Virus record (IMG/VR): IMGVR_UViG_3300030380_002075
Coordinates: 1-56,030 of that record
Strand: one strand, 5' to 3'
DNA from: a virus
Lineage: Duplodnaviria; Caudoviricetes
Length of the DNA: 56,030 nt
The position numbers and the translations under genes are program-made. A model generated the notes under the pieces. It worked only from the letters and a program-made list of their open reading frames with translations. It had not been told where the DNA came from and made no database searches. Positions 30,071-39,098 of the stretch are shown here, piece after piece (positions within the stretch are counted from its first letter, which is position 1; each line of letters opens with the position of its first letter).

Positions 30071-30766
30071 TTATCCTCTGTATAGCTCATCAGCATCCAC
30101 GGGTTCCGGAGCCTGCGTGATGCTGGATAAAGGTTGAATATTTATAGCGCCTTCGTCTGTAACAGAAACATGTGGTGGATCCTCCAGACGATGATAACCA
30201 TAAAGTTTTTGATGCGGCGGAATATTCGCGTCCATAAAGGGAGAATCAGGAGCTATTGACAATTTTATACCGTTGGCACAAATCAAACCGCACCAAAACT
30301 CACAACATCCTCGTCCCGCTTCAGCAAAGTGAACTGCTTCAGAATAAGAAAAGTCAATTCCGTAAATAGCTAACTCTCCAACTTCTTGATAGAGTGCATA
30401 AGCTAAAGCATACGCCGCAGTATTGTTTAAATACGAACAGCCCGTAGTTCTTATGACCTGCTCTATAGGATATTTTTCCACCGAAGGACACCGCTCATCT
30501 ACAGTGCAACTGTAAATAGGAAAGTCTTGCTTGCTAGAAATAACTTCAGAAACAATGCCTGTCTGTCCGCCAGCCTGTTCACCATCCAAGAATCGTGTTG
30601 GCGGATCCATCATAAACATACGGTCTGTTTTGTAAATACCCGCCGTGGCATTTATCGTCCAGACCTCATTAAATTTTTGAGAAAAAGCTAAAGCCATAGC
30701 AAAATTAACTTGAGACTTACCCATGGCTACAAGAGCGATTTTGGCACCTTTTAACTTTTTATACTT
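30071..30766 (-). CDS. Putative sialyltransferase/MptE-like fold enzyme
   Basis: KIALVAMGKS, EVWTIN, DRMFMMD, NNTAAYALAYA, LAIYGIDF; start at MKYKK after GAGG. Confidence 0.45.
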   Translation of the reverse strand, partial: KYKKLKGAKIALVAMGKSQVNFAMALAFSQKFNEVWTINATAGIYKTDRMFMMDPPTRFLDGEQAGGQTGIVSEVISSKQDFPIYSCTVDERCPSVEKYPIEQVIRTTGCSYLNNTAAYALAYALYQEVGELAIYGIDFSYSEAVHFAEAGRGCCEFWCGLICANGIKLSIAPDSPFMDANIPPHQKLYGYHRLEDPPHVSVTDEGAINIQPLSSITQAPEPVDADELYRG

Positions 30767-30835
30767 CATTAAACCTCTCAAATATCGTCTGCGATAATAT
30801 AAGAGTTTTGCATAAAGGGGAGAAAGTGTAAACTG

Positions 30836-31486
30836 CTACTGTTTCGGTATTACGATACGTCCTGCTGTGTATTCCTGCGTAGTCTCTTCGGCCTCACCAA
30901 GAATCTTCAGCGTCGCCAACGCTTCAGCGTATCTTTGACTGTAAATTTGTGTCAGGTCAGGCTCACCCTTCATGAAAACATAGGCTTCAACTAAAGAGCC
31001 ATATAACATTGCAAGCGAAGCATTTTCAGAAAGCCACGTAGTCCCAGAGTCTGCGCCAGCAGTAAGGCTAGTCGGTCGATAGTAATAGTGTAATTCAGCG
31101 GCATACGCAGAATCTGGGGTTGGTCCAATAATAAAATTACCGTTGTCAAAAACAGCGTAGTATCGAGGAGCCCCTGTAGTAGAAGACGATGGATTAAATT
31201 CTTGAATAAAATTAACGTCTTTAAACAATAAGAAAACTTTTTCACCACCAGAGGTGGTGAAAGAAAGCGAAAACGGAGCAAGAAAATCAGAGGGCGACGC
31301 TAAAAACTGATTAGATGAAGTGAAGTTAGCTGAAACGTTTTTACGAAATAGGTTTAATTGCACATTCTTTAAGATACGTTCTTCTGCGGCTCTTATAAAA
31401 ACAGGCAAATTAGTAACAAATGTCGTTTCGTTATTTTCCGTATAGTCTTGTATTGCCTGTTTAAGCTGGGCGTATGTAAAGCTCAT
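30836..31486 (-). CDS. Head-tail adaptor-like protein
   Basis: TYAQLKQAIQDY..FIRAAEERI, G.PRYYA, GPTPD, TTWLS..LYGSL.EA. Confidence 0.7.
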   Translation of the reverse strand: MSFTYAQLKQAIQDYTENNETTFVTNLPVFIRAAEERILKNVQLNLFRKNVSANFTSSNQFLASPSDFLAPFSLSFTTSGGEKVFLLFKDVNFIQEFNPSSSTTGAPRYYAVFDNGNFIIGPTPDSAYAAELHYYYRPTSLTAGADSGTTWLSENASLAMLYGSLVEAYVFMKGEPDLTQIYSQRYAEALATLKILGEAEETTQEYTAGRIVIPKQ

Positions 31487-31788
31487 GATATGTTTACCTC
31501 CACCGATTCGACTTTAGCGTAGCTCACCAAAGGCTTTAACGTAGGTTTTTCCACTGTTGGAACACCCACATATACCTCAAAGGGCTCTTTTCTAGCCGGT
31601 CTAGCGTCTTTTATTGCCTGCGCGTCTACAACGCTACGAAAAGGACCTAATTGAGGGTGTTTCGGTTCAAATTCGTCCTTTCCAACTAATGCACCGTTCC
31701 ATTCTCTTCGCATGTCTTTGTAGCGATAACGCTGACCCGATCTATCAGAAATAGCGTAAGCAAATTTACCGCTAGCAAATTTAGACAT
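31483..31788 (-). CDS. Conserved hypothetical protein
   Basis: FASGK.A.AISDRSG.RY..EWNG..EFEPKHPQL. Confidence 0.75.
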   Translation of the reverse strand: MSKFASGKFAYAISDRSGQRYRYKDMRREWNGALVGKDEFEPKHPQLGPFRSVVDAQAIKDARPARKEPFEVYVGVPTVEKPTLKPLVSYAKVESVEVNIS

Positions 31789-32456
31789 TAGGTTGTCCTA
31801 AAATACTCGTATTGCGGAACAACGTTAAACGATGCTCGATCTCGATCTTCGGTCATAGCTCTTTCAAATTCTTCCTCATATACGGCTTTTAATATTTGTA
31901 ACCGTTGAGGGGCTCGCTTCAAAGCGATGTAATAAGCAAGACCTGCGGCTAGACAAGGATAAAACCGAAACGGAACCTCTAGGGTATTAACTTGCGTATC
32001 AGCATCCTGTATTCGGGTAAGCGCGTCGTAAAAAATAACGTCTGAACTGTTTTCCGGCGTCGGCCAAATTTTAAGATTTGGCGTAATCTGACGATCTAAA
32101 AAAAACTGTGTTGGACGCCCGGTGGTTGTTTTAGTTGGAATGTTTAAATATTCGTCTCGACTAAGCCTGTCTAGCGCAAAATCCGTTCCACTACGACGAA
32201 CAACTACCGATAGTATGTCAATAACATCTGTGCCCAGTGCTGTTGCGGCGGTTCCCGACGTGACTGTGAAAGAACGCTGTTCAATAGTCCATTGATTAAG
32301 CCCCCGATTCGCCCACTCTGCCAGCATCAAATTAAGGGATCGTTTAGCTGTTTTAAGATCATAACCAGTGCGAACCTCTAACCCACAGCGTTCAAAAGCT
32401 TCTTCAATGTAATCGGCTACATCAAGTTCAAAATCTGTTGAGCTAGAAGTTGTCAT
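31788..32456 (-). CDS. Head-tail connector / adaptor protein
   Basis: IEEAFERCG, RSLNLM.AEWANRG, GRPTQFF, WPTP, PFRFYPCLAAGLAYY. Confidence 0.75.
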   Translation of the reverse strand: MTTSSSTDFELDVADYIEEAFERCGLEVRTGYDLKTAKRSLNLMLAEWANRGLNQWTIEQRSFTVTSGTAATALGTDVIDILSVVVRRSGTDFALDRLSRDEYLNIPTKTTTGRPTQFFLDRQITPNLKIWPTPENSSDVIFYDALTRIQDADTQVNTLEVPFRFYPCLAAGLAYYIALKRAPQRLQILKAVYEEEFERAMTEDRDRASFNVVPQYEYFRTT

Positions 32457-33133
32457 TCTTCTATTCCATCTGAATAAAGGTTATCAAACACTATATCAGG
32501 ATCTGTATAGCTTGTATGTCCCTCGGCAGAGTGTAGATACTGACTAGGTTTAAAATCAGGAGCCCCTTCTCCCGTATCCCATAAGGCCGGACTTGTGGCT
32601 CTGACTCGATTATTAGGTAAGGCGACAATGTTACCTTCCCACGGACCCTCCGTTAGATACAAAACGTGACTTTGTTTATGTTGATCTGGACTGTCTGCAA
32701 TAGGATTTTCCGTGTAATCAACCGTGAATACATATCGCGCCTCATAAAATTCATGATTAACTTTTGCGATCCAAGGACTAGAACTAACTCGATCCAACAC
32801 TACAACAGAATGATTAAAAGACTCACAATCCCAAGGCTGACAAAGATGATCTTCCATACGATCTGGCCAATCTTCAATGTCAATGTCTGCGACCAAAGCT
32901 TCTATGGGCATTCGTGCCCACATCGCACCTCCATGTAAATTTTCATCGCTATCCTCAAAATGTCTTTCACAACCAGTAAACACTACTTGAAAAGTCAAAG
33001 AACGATCAGGAATGGTGTTGACAGCAATCGCAAGTGCATGAAGATATTCACCGTGATACCGTTCATGATTACAGGTAAACTCGCGCCGCACCCAGCATTT
33101 GAAATGTGGGATATTGCTAATTAAATAGGACAA
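32453..33133 (-). CDS. Conserved phage protein of unknown function
   Basis: GGAMWARMPI, QPWDC, HKQSH, ALPNNRVR. Confidence 0.8.
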   Translation of the reverse strand: MSYLISNIPHFKCWVRREFTCNHERYHGEYLHALAIAVNTIPDRSLTFQVVFTGCERHFEDSDENLHGGAMWARMPIEALVADIDIEDWPDRMEDHLCQPWDCESFNHSVVVLDRVSSSPWIAKVNHEFYEARYVFTVDYTENPIADSPDQHKQSHVLYLTEGPWEGNIVALPNNRVRATSPALWDTGEGAPDFKPSQYLHSAEGHTSYTDPDIVFDNLYSDGIEE

Positions 33134-33134
33134 A

Positions 33135-33350
33135 TTATATTCCTCTTACAACCGTAGTCCGAACTGTTCCGCCTTTACTCATTTTACGAACTGTTCCGCC
33201 TTTGGCTTTCTTCATTACAGGTCCGCCTTTAGCTTTCTTCATTACAGGTCCGCCTTTGGCTTTCTTCATTACAGGTCCGCCTTTAGCTTTCTTCATTACA
33301 GGTCCGCCTTTGGCTTTCTTCATTACCATGCTTCCTTTGGACTTTTTCAT
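33135..33350 (-). CDS. Basic repeat protein (MKKAKGGPV)n
   Basis: RBS AGGAGG; 9-aa Lys-rich repeats. Confidence 0.85.
   Translation of the reverse strand: MKKSKGSMVMKKAKGGPVMKKAKGGPVMKKAKGGPVMKKAKGGPVMKKAKGGTVRKMSKGGTVRTTVVRGI
33195..33326. repeat. 27-bp tandem repeat, about 4.9 copies
   Basis: Unit TCCGCCTTT(G/A)GCTTTCTTCATTACAGG; the variable base alternates G,A,G,A,G. Confidence 0.95.
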
Positions 33351-33379
33351 AATTACCTCCTATGAATATCCTGCCCAAT

Positions 33380-33700
33380 TTAAGAGTATTGCGTTTTTTT
33401 TCGTCGATTATTCATTACGGCTCCACAGCCCCGATGATTCTTACGAACAGCACCGCCTTTTTCCATCTTAACTTCTGCTTTAGGGGTGTTCTTTACGACT
33501 TGCTCACCTTTTGCTCCAGCCTTTTTCTTTTTTCTAGCCGTAGCGGCGCGTTCTGACTTACTTAAACTTCTAGCTTTAGCGGCAGGTAAACATCTGTCAG
33601 GATTCTTTTTATCTTTAGAAGTTCCACATTTTCCTGCTATGTTTCCAGAACTATCTATACGGACCCAGTTCTGTTCTCGCCATTGCTTTAGCTGTCCCAT
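33380..33700 (-). CDS. Small basic protein
   Basis: LKQW..QNWV..CG..RCLP; MEKGGAV, HRGCGAV. Confidence 0.8.
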   Translation of the reverse strand: MGQLKQWREQNWVRIDSSGNIAGKCGTSKDKKNPDRCLPAAKARSLSKSERAATARKKKKAGAKGEQVVKNTPKAEVKMEKGGAVRKNHRGCGAVMNNRRKKTQYS

Positions 33701-33933
33701 TATTTTTTCTTCCGTTTAGAACCTTTAGCGTAGTTTGGATCCTTGCAATATTTGCTAGCGGCCATGTTTGCATAAGCTGACGGATATGTATCAAAGGTAC
33801 GTTTTGCCCACGCTTTACCCGCAGGACAAATCTTACCGCCAGATTTTACTTTACCGCCCTTGGCCATTCTACGAACAGCGCCTGTTCTTTTAGTAGGACA
33901 AGCTCCATTTCCTAGATTTACCCGACTCTTCAT
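33700..33933 (-). CDS. Small basic protein
   Basis: Start MKSRV inferred from ATGA overlap; MAKGGKV, YPSAYAN. Confidence 0.8.
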   Translation of the reverse strand: MKSRVNLGNGACPTKRTGAVRRMAKGGKVKSGGKICPAGKAWAKRTFDTYPSAYANMAASKYCKDPNYAKGSKRKKK

Positions 33934-34154
33934 ACAAATTTCTCCGCCACGAAAGTTGCAACTATTAATCCAGCTATTCCCCACATACGCATGTCTAACG
34001 TGTCAAGAGTTTTGCTTTGAGTAGTTAATTTATCGTTAATTGCGTCGTATCTCAAATTACATCCAGCCTCGTGCTTTTCTAGCAATAACAAAACATCTTT
34101 GGCTTGTAATTCTTTATCTTCTAACGACAAACTAATCACGGTTTTGTCATTCAT
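33930..34154 (-). CDS. Small coiled-coil protein with C-terminal TM helix
   Basis: HEAGC..RY coiled coil followed by MWGIAGLIVATFV. Confidence 0.75.
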   Translation of the reverse strand: MNDKTVISLSLEDKELQAKDVLLLLEKHEAGCNLRYDAINDKLTTQSKTLDTLDMRMWGIAGLIVATFVAEKFV

Positions 34155-34276
34155 TTCTTTTTGCCACGAATTACTTTAGATAAAGTTTTAGCTTGACCTG
34201 CGTGTAATTTAGATGCTTTTTTAAGACCTTTAATTACTTTTTGTATTCTTTTTTTACCTTTAGAATTTACACTCAT
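34151..34276 (-). CDS. 41-aa basic protein absent from the ORF track
   Basis: MSVNSKGKKRIQKVIKGLKKASKLHAGQAKTLSKVIRGKKK; TAATG and ATGA coupling at its two ends. Confidence 0.8.
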   Translation of the reverse strand: MSVNSKGKKRIQKVIKGLKKASKLHAGQAKTLSKVIRGKKK

Positions 34277-34566
34277 TAGCATTTCCATCTTCTACGAGCC
34301 GCGCAAATACGTTTGTTAGGTGTTTTCTTGCAGTCGATATTGTGCATTTTCTTTTGGCCCTCAGAACGCGCACAAAAAGACTTACGTCTCTTTGCATCCT
34401 TAGAGCCCTTCTTCACCTTTCCGGTAACAGCCGTTTTTAACTTACTGCCGGGGTTTTTCCGACGATAAGCCGCAACACCTGCTTTGGTCATGCCCGCCCC
34501 GGATTTGGTAGAACGAAAGTTCTTTTTATTCCGAGCGGGCATTTTTGACTTTTTACGCTCTGCCAT
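34276..34566 (-). CDS. Small basic protein (DUF6321-like, from recall)
   Basis: GMTKAGVAAYRRKNPGSKLKTAVT..RRKSFCARS..RRRWKC. Confidence 0.75.
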   Translation of the reverse strand: MAERKKSKMPARNKKNFRSTKSGAGMTKAGVAAYRRKNPGSKLKTAVTGKVKKGSKDAKRRKSFCARSEGQKKMHNIDCKKTPNKRICAARRRWKC

Positions 34567-34573
34567 TTGTTTT

Positions 34574-34846
34574 TTAATTAAAGAAAACCGTAGCGGCAGT
34601 TATTGCAGTAAACACTGACACGTTCACATCGCTCACCCTAATACCCTCCGCCGGAATATTGACGGAGTGCGTAGTAGAAGCATTAAAGTCAAGATCTAAA
34701 ACAGTTGATCCGCCACTACCGTCAGTAACGGTAAGTCGCGGTGTTCCGGTTGTAGTAGTTAACTGAATCTGACGAATACGCGCAGGGCCTACACCAAGAG
34801 ACCCTGTCCCAGTAATCCGTTTTGATCTTACATCAGAATCCGCCAT
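34574..34846 (-). CDS. Small beta-rich structural protein
   Basis: Position after capsid genes; IPAEGIR pattern. Confidence 0.65.
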   Translation of the reverse strand: MADSDVRSKRITGTGSLGVGPARIRQIQLTTTTGTPRLTVTDGSGGSTVLDLDFNASTTHSVNIPAEGIRVSDVNVSVFTAITAATVFFN

Positions 34847-34862
34847 TATCTAGCCCTCTCTC

Positions 34863-35336
34863 TTAGCTATCAGCAAATGGAGTGGCCAGTGTGCCTGATC
34901 CCAGCAAAGTACCATTAACCAGATACTCATCTGCGGCGATTGCTGTAATTTCAACGTATGATCCAGCAAGTCCACCTGTGGTAGAGCCATTCATAGAAAT
35001 CACATCGTTTGTTGCACCCGGTGCGAAACCACGAGCCTGAGATGTTGCACCTGCGGCCAACACAAGATTACCTACAAATTTGTCGGTGCCATCAGTTTTG
35101 ATGTCTAAGTCAGTTGCGGCAGTTCCAACAAAAAAGGTGTACTTGGCACCAATAGTGTCGCTAGTTGCAGATGGAAGGGTGACCGCACCGTCAGCATCGT
35201 TGATTTCAATGATACGACCAACGTGGTCAGCATAGGTTAGAGTAGTTTCAGCAGTGATATTTACTACAGCAGTTGAACCAACTGCGGTAAATCCGCGCTC
35301 AGATCTCACTGGACCTGAAAAAGTAGTTTGACCCAT
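34863..35336 (-). CDS. Minor capsid / fibre-like structural protein
   Basis: TTFSGPVRS N-terminus, ATPFADS C-terminus; RBS AGGAG favours the start at 35336. Confidence 0.7.
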   Translation of the reverse strand: MGQTTFSGPVRSERGFTAVGSTAVVNITAETTLTYADHVGRIIEINDADGAVTLPSATSDTIGAKYTFFVGTAATDLDIKTDGTDKFVGNLVLAAGATSQARGFAPGATNDVISMNGSTTGGLAGSYVEITAIAADEYLVNGTLLGSGTLATPFADS

Positions 35337-35404
35337 TGTCATCTCCTGTCTTGGGTTGCGTCAACCGCCCAATGCGGTTGTCAGAGACAATTAAATCTTA
35401 CAAC

Positions 35405-35435
35405 AAAAAAGGGCGACTTAATAGCCGCCCTTTTT
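35405..35435. terminator. Bidirectional intrinsic terminator after MCP
   Basis: A6-GGGCG...CGCCC-T5. Confidence 0.8.
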
Positions 35436-35452
35436 ATCAAGGATGTTAATCC

Positions 35453-36361
35453 TTATGCCGCGCCGGCTGTGCCGAATACGGACCGCCAGTCTGAGACGCC
35501 AAAGCTGTAACGCTCACGGGCCTTAAACCGCATATTTCCGGTGTCAAAGTCACCTTCCATAGCAGTCTTGATTGGCGAACGGTTAAAGTATTTAAAACCG
35601 TTAGGTGCATCAGTCATGACAAAGAACGCATCGGTGTCTGTTAAGAAATGGTTAACTACTGCCCCTTCGGGAAGCATACCCATGTTCTTCAGAGCGTTTG
35701 CGTCGTTGTCTGCTGTAGCTGAACGGAGGTTAGAGTTCAGAACGCGCTCTGCAATAAACTGAAGTTCCTTTGGAATAATCAGTTTAGTGCCGCGAACTGC
35801 AATCTTAAGTCCACGCTCATCCGTAAATCCAGCAATGTCGATCAGCATTTGCTCAAGAGAAGTCTCGTTGAGATCAGCCGCTACGGACAACTGGTTACGT
35901 TGATTTCCAGACAGGGACGGATGCGCTGATGAACACAGTGCCGCACCATCTCCCACAGGGAAGGTGGTGTCGAACGCATTGTTCAAAATAGCCGCCGCCT
36001 TGATCTGCTTAGTCTGTGCCATTGAACGAGCAAGGGCTCTCGTATATCGAGAGGCCAGACGATCATATAGATTGTCCTCGATAGCTTCCTCCGTAATTGA
36101 GAAGGCCAGTGCGATTGTCTCGTGTGTGTAACGAGCAGTATACGTCTCTTGTGCATCGTCAAATGTGATGGCAGAGCCTTCACCCTTGACTGGTGCAGTA
36201 GAGAAACCACCCAGCATTACTTCTTCTTCAAACGCACGATCCGAAGATTCTTCTGTGAAGATCTCGGCGTGTTCGTTCTCGTAACGCGAATATTCCATCC
36301 CGAACAGGGCATTAAGGCCCGGTTCAAGCTCTTTCGCTAATTGTGCGCGAGAGATTGCCAT
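35453..36361 (-). CDS. Major capsid protein
   Basis: MAISRAQLAKELEPGLNALFG, EEAIEDNLY, DFDTGNMRFKARERYSFG; strong terminator downstream. Confidence 0.9.
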   Translation of the reverse strand: MAISRAQLAKELEPGLNALFGMEYSRYENEHAEIFTEESSDRAFEEEVMLGGFSTAPVKGEGSAITFDDAQETYTARYTHETIALAFSITEEAIEDNLYDRLASRYTRALARSMAQTKQIKAAAILNNAFDTTFPVGDGAALCSSAHPSLSGNQRNQLSVAADLNETSLEQMLIDIAGFTDERGLKIAVRGTKLIIPKELQFIAERVLNSNLRSATADNDANALKNMGMLPEGAVVNHFLTDTDAFFVMTDAPNGFKYFNRSPIKTAMEGDFDTGNMRFKARERYSFGVSDWRSVFGTAGAA

Positions 36362-36372
36362 TACCTATCTCC

Positions 36373-37020
36373 TTAAATGCCAGTAGATGCCGCTGTAGTC
36401 TGAGAATCAGAACTAGAGCAAGGCGCATTATGATGAAAGTTAAGCCGAACTACATAATTAACTCCGGCCGCGTCATAGTCCAAGTTCGCTACGTCGCCAG
36501 TAAGGCCAACGACACGAAGTGGCAATGTTGCAGTTGTTGCAACCCCTGAGATATCTAACTCAGCGGTGGAACGACCAGTGTTTGTAGAACCCGATGTAGC
36601 GGTTGCCATTGGAGCATTAGCAAAGACATTGGTCTGTGCTGTTGCTTTGTCGGTTGAGCTACCATCTGCGGCTATCATGAACAACTGATTTGGGTTGTCC
36701 GCAACGAAAGCTTTGACAGGAAAATTCGTGTCAACGCTTACGTTATTGGCACCCGGCCAGAAGTTTTTAAAGACAGTCTTTTTAGAAGAACTATCTACAT
36801 ATTCCACGCCCATCAGAACGCCCAGTAAAGGTACTGTTCCACCATTGGCATTACCAACAATATCTACCACACCAGCGGCCAGTGGAATAACTGGGGAATA
36901 CTGGAAAATAGCGTTAGTATTGTTACTGGCAATTTCATACTGAGTTACCCCAGTGGTGTTTGCACCTGAACCGTTCAACCCGATAGGACGTAGACCAAAC
37001 GCAGTATCTTGGTTTGCCAT
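36373..37020 (-). CDS. Capsid decoration / cement protein
   Basis: MANQD.AFGLRP N-terminus; between scaffold and MCP. Confidence 0.7.
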   Translation of the reverse strand: MANQDTAFGLRPIGLNGSGANTTGVTQYEIASNNTNAIFQYSPVIPLAAGVVDIVGNANGGTVPLLGVLMGVEYVDSSSKKTVFKNFWPGANNVSVDTNFPVKAFVADNPNQLFMIAADGSSTDKATAQTNVFANAPMATATSGSTNTGRSTAELDISGVATTATLPLRVVGLTGDVANLDYDAAGVNYVVRLNFHHNAPCSSSDSQTTAASTGI

Positions 37021-37047
37021 TAGGCCATCTCCTATTTAGTGGGACCC

Positions 37048-37524
37048 TTACTTATTGCGAGGGCCACCAAAAGTTACACGTTGTTGCCGATCAGGATTAC
37101 TGATCCGCATCGTAGAGTGTTGATTCTCCCGCATCATATCGTGATCCACAGCTTCCATCTGATCTGAATTACGCTGACGAAAATACGCCGTGCGTTCCTC
37201 AATCGTTTCTACTGGGATCCTTGCGAGGATCAACCCGCCAACACCAAACACGCCTTCATATTTACCTGTATCTATAACCGGTGCTTCAAAGTCCGGGTAC
37301 TCGTCCGCACGGACTAATTCCCATCCCTCTCTTAGCTTTGCACTGATATTCTTGCGGTCATCAAAACCACGAGTCTCAGCGCGAATCCACCGATGCTTAA
37401 ACCCATCTGGGGCAGGCGGCGCGTCCAACATGGACGGTGGAGCCCACGGCTTACGCTGTTCCGTCTTAGCTCTCGTTTCACTAGCGCGGGAAGCCCGACT
37501 TACCGTTTTCGTTTCTTCAGTCAT
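37048..37524 (-). CDS. Conserved head-module protein
   Basis: WAPPSMLDAP.APDGFKHRWIR..LREGWE..GGLILARIP. Confidence 0.8.
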   Translation of the reverse strand: MTEETKTVSRASRASETRAKTEQRKPWAPPSMLDAPPAPDGFKHRWIRAETRGFDDRKNISAKLREGWELVRADEYPDFEAPVIDTGKYEGVFGVGGLILARIPVETIEERTAYFRQRNSDQMEAVDHDMMRENQHSTMRISNPDRQQRVTFGGPRNK

Positions 37525-37526
37525 GC

Positions 37527-38414
37527 TTAGTTCCTCACGTATTTCGCGTATTCTTCAAGTGGCACTCCTAGTTTTTTAGCCATAGTGACTTGGGTCTTGG
37601 AGAGACGGACCTTTCCTGTACTGCGCCCAGTTGCTTTTCCGCGGGATACAGAAGCCACCGTCTGGGCGGGACGGCGAGCTTCACCCGAATTCTTCAACTT
37701 ATGAGGGAATTCATCCGCCATACGTCGGTCTAATTCATTGTAGTAATCATCTGACTGCGGGTCAAATCCTTCCGTTTCCACAAGTTTTTTGTGAATACCA
37801 AAAACCGCATAAGTCATTGCTTCGTCCTGACCGAACCACTCATTACGCTCTGCCCAATCCTCTGCTTTAGGATCTGGACGACGCGGCTGTTGCGCCGGCA
37901 TAGGTTGTTGAACTTGTGCCTGCTGTTGAGCTTCATGTTGCTGGGCGTATCGTTCTTGCTGAACTTTAGCCTGCTTTGCTCGATCATTCTCAATCGCTAA
38001 GGTGGTGATTTTACGTTGAGCCTCTATAACTCCGGCCGTGTCACCCATCTCAATCGCACGAGCAAGTTCCTGCTCTGCCGCGGTGGTTTGAGTTTCTATA
38101 CGCCCCGCATATTCATTGACGTAATTGTCGCTCAGATTGTTCATGCGCTTCTTGAGATCTTCTGCCTCCGTTTGCACTTGTTGTGCATAACGAATTGCCT
38201 CTTCCCGCTCACGTTCCGCGGTACGCATTTTTTTGGTTAAACGATCAATGCGCTTTTGCGTTGCATTATTCGCTTTTTCAAAATTATCATCTTCCTCAGA
38301 CGCAGAAACTTCGACTGAATTTTCTTCAGGTTGTTCAACCTGAAGGTCTACCTCGGTTTCTTCTGCACCTTCAATGTCCAGTTCAATTTGATTGTCGTCT
38401 CTTTCTTCTGCCAT
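37527..38414 (-). CDS. Putative scaffolding protein
   Basis: Acidic N-terminus, coiled coil, W..RNEWFG, C-terminal AKKLGVPLEEYAK. Confidence 0.75.
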   Translation of the reverse strand: MAEERDDNQIELDIEGAEETEVDLQVEQPEENSVEVSASEEDDNFEKANNATQKRIDRLTKKMRTAEREREEAIRYAQQVQTEAEDLKKRMNNLSDNYVNEYAGRIETQTTAAEQELARAIEMGDTAGVIEAQRKITTLAIENDRAKQAKVQQERYAQQHEAQQQAQVQQPMPAQQPRRPDPKAEDWAERNEWFGQDEAMTYAVFGIHKKLVETEGFDPQSDDYYNELDRRMADEFPHKLKNSGEARRPAQTVASVSRGKATGRSTGKVRLSKTQVTMAKKLGVPLEEYAKYVRN

Positions 38415-38423
38415 GATTAACCC

Positions 38424-38843
38424 TTAGAAATGTAAAACGTCTGCCGGATCGAGAATTCGAGCCAGAATTTCATCGTCGTTAAGAATCCGAACTTCGCCCC
38501 CGTCGATGTTGAAACGAGAGCCAGAGTATCGGGCAAACATTACCCAATCCTTCTCTTGGCACCACGCTCCATCCGGAAACTTATCGGTATCTTTGTATGC
38601 TAATGCTCCTACTTTAAGAACATAGCCAACTTGAGTAGAAACCTGCTGTTTCTCTATGGTTTTGTCAGCCAGAAGAATTCCACCTTCTGTCTTTCCTTTA
38701 CCACTATATGGCAGGATTAGTATTCGCCAACCAGTTGGAGTTGGGAGTCTTTCTAAGAGAGTTGCCCCAATTGCCTCGGGATCAAGAAACGTTTTACGTT
38801 CCTCCGTATATGCTTCTTCTAGCGTTGAGACTTCTTCAGTCAT
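38424..38843 (-). CDS. groES: GroES-like co-chaperonin
   Basis: PTGWRILI, KTEGGILL, GYVLKVG, DWVMFARYSG, ILNDDEILA. Confidence 0.85.
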   Translation of the reverse strand: MTEEVSTLEEAYTEERKTFLDPEAIGATLLERLPTPTGWRILILPYSGKGKTEGGILLADKTIEKQQVSTQVGYVLKVGALAYKDTDKFPDGAWCQEKDWVMFARYSGSRFNIDGGEVRILNDDEILARILDPADVLHF

Positions 38844-39033
38844 CTATTTGCTCCTGTTTATCTAGCAGGCCCTTGAGTTCCTGTTCGACGTGATCGAGGG
38901 CAGTCATCATGCCCATCATTTCACGGTAATGTTCCATTGTTTTCACGCCGTTATATTGCAGGCAGTCTACAATGGCCGTCCGCTGATCCCGGATAATCCG
39001 AAATACAGCTTCGGACAAGTATATATCACTCAT
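38836..39033 (-). CDS. Small conserved protein upstream of GroES
   Basis: 65 aa, helical, YREMMG...L pattern. Confidence 0.75.
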   Translation of the reverse strand: MSDIYLSEAVFRIIRDQRTAIVDCLQYNGVKTMEHYREMMGMMTALDHVEQELKGLLDKQEQIDD

Positions 39034-39098
39034 TATCTTATATCACCGCATTTTATCTTAGATAGTCCCATATATAGCATAGGCGCGGTGATAAGTAA

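Noticed and set aside
33195-33326. 27-bp repeats as a CRISPR array
   Set aside because: Units are head-to-tail with no spacers, are in frame within a CDS, and no cas genes are present
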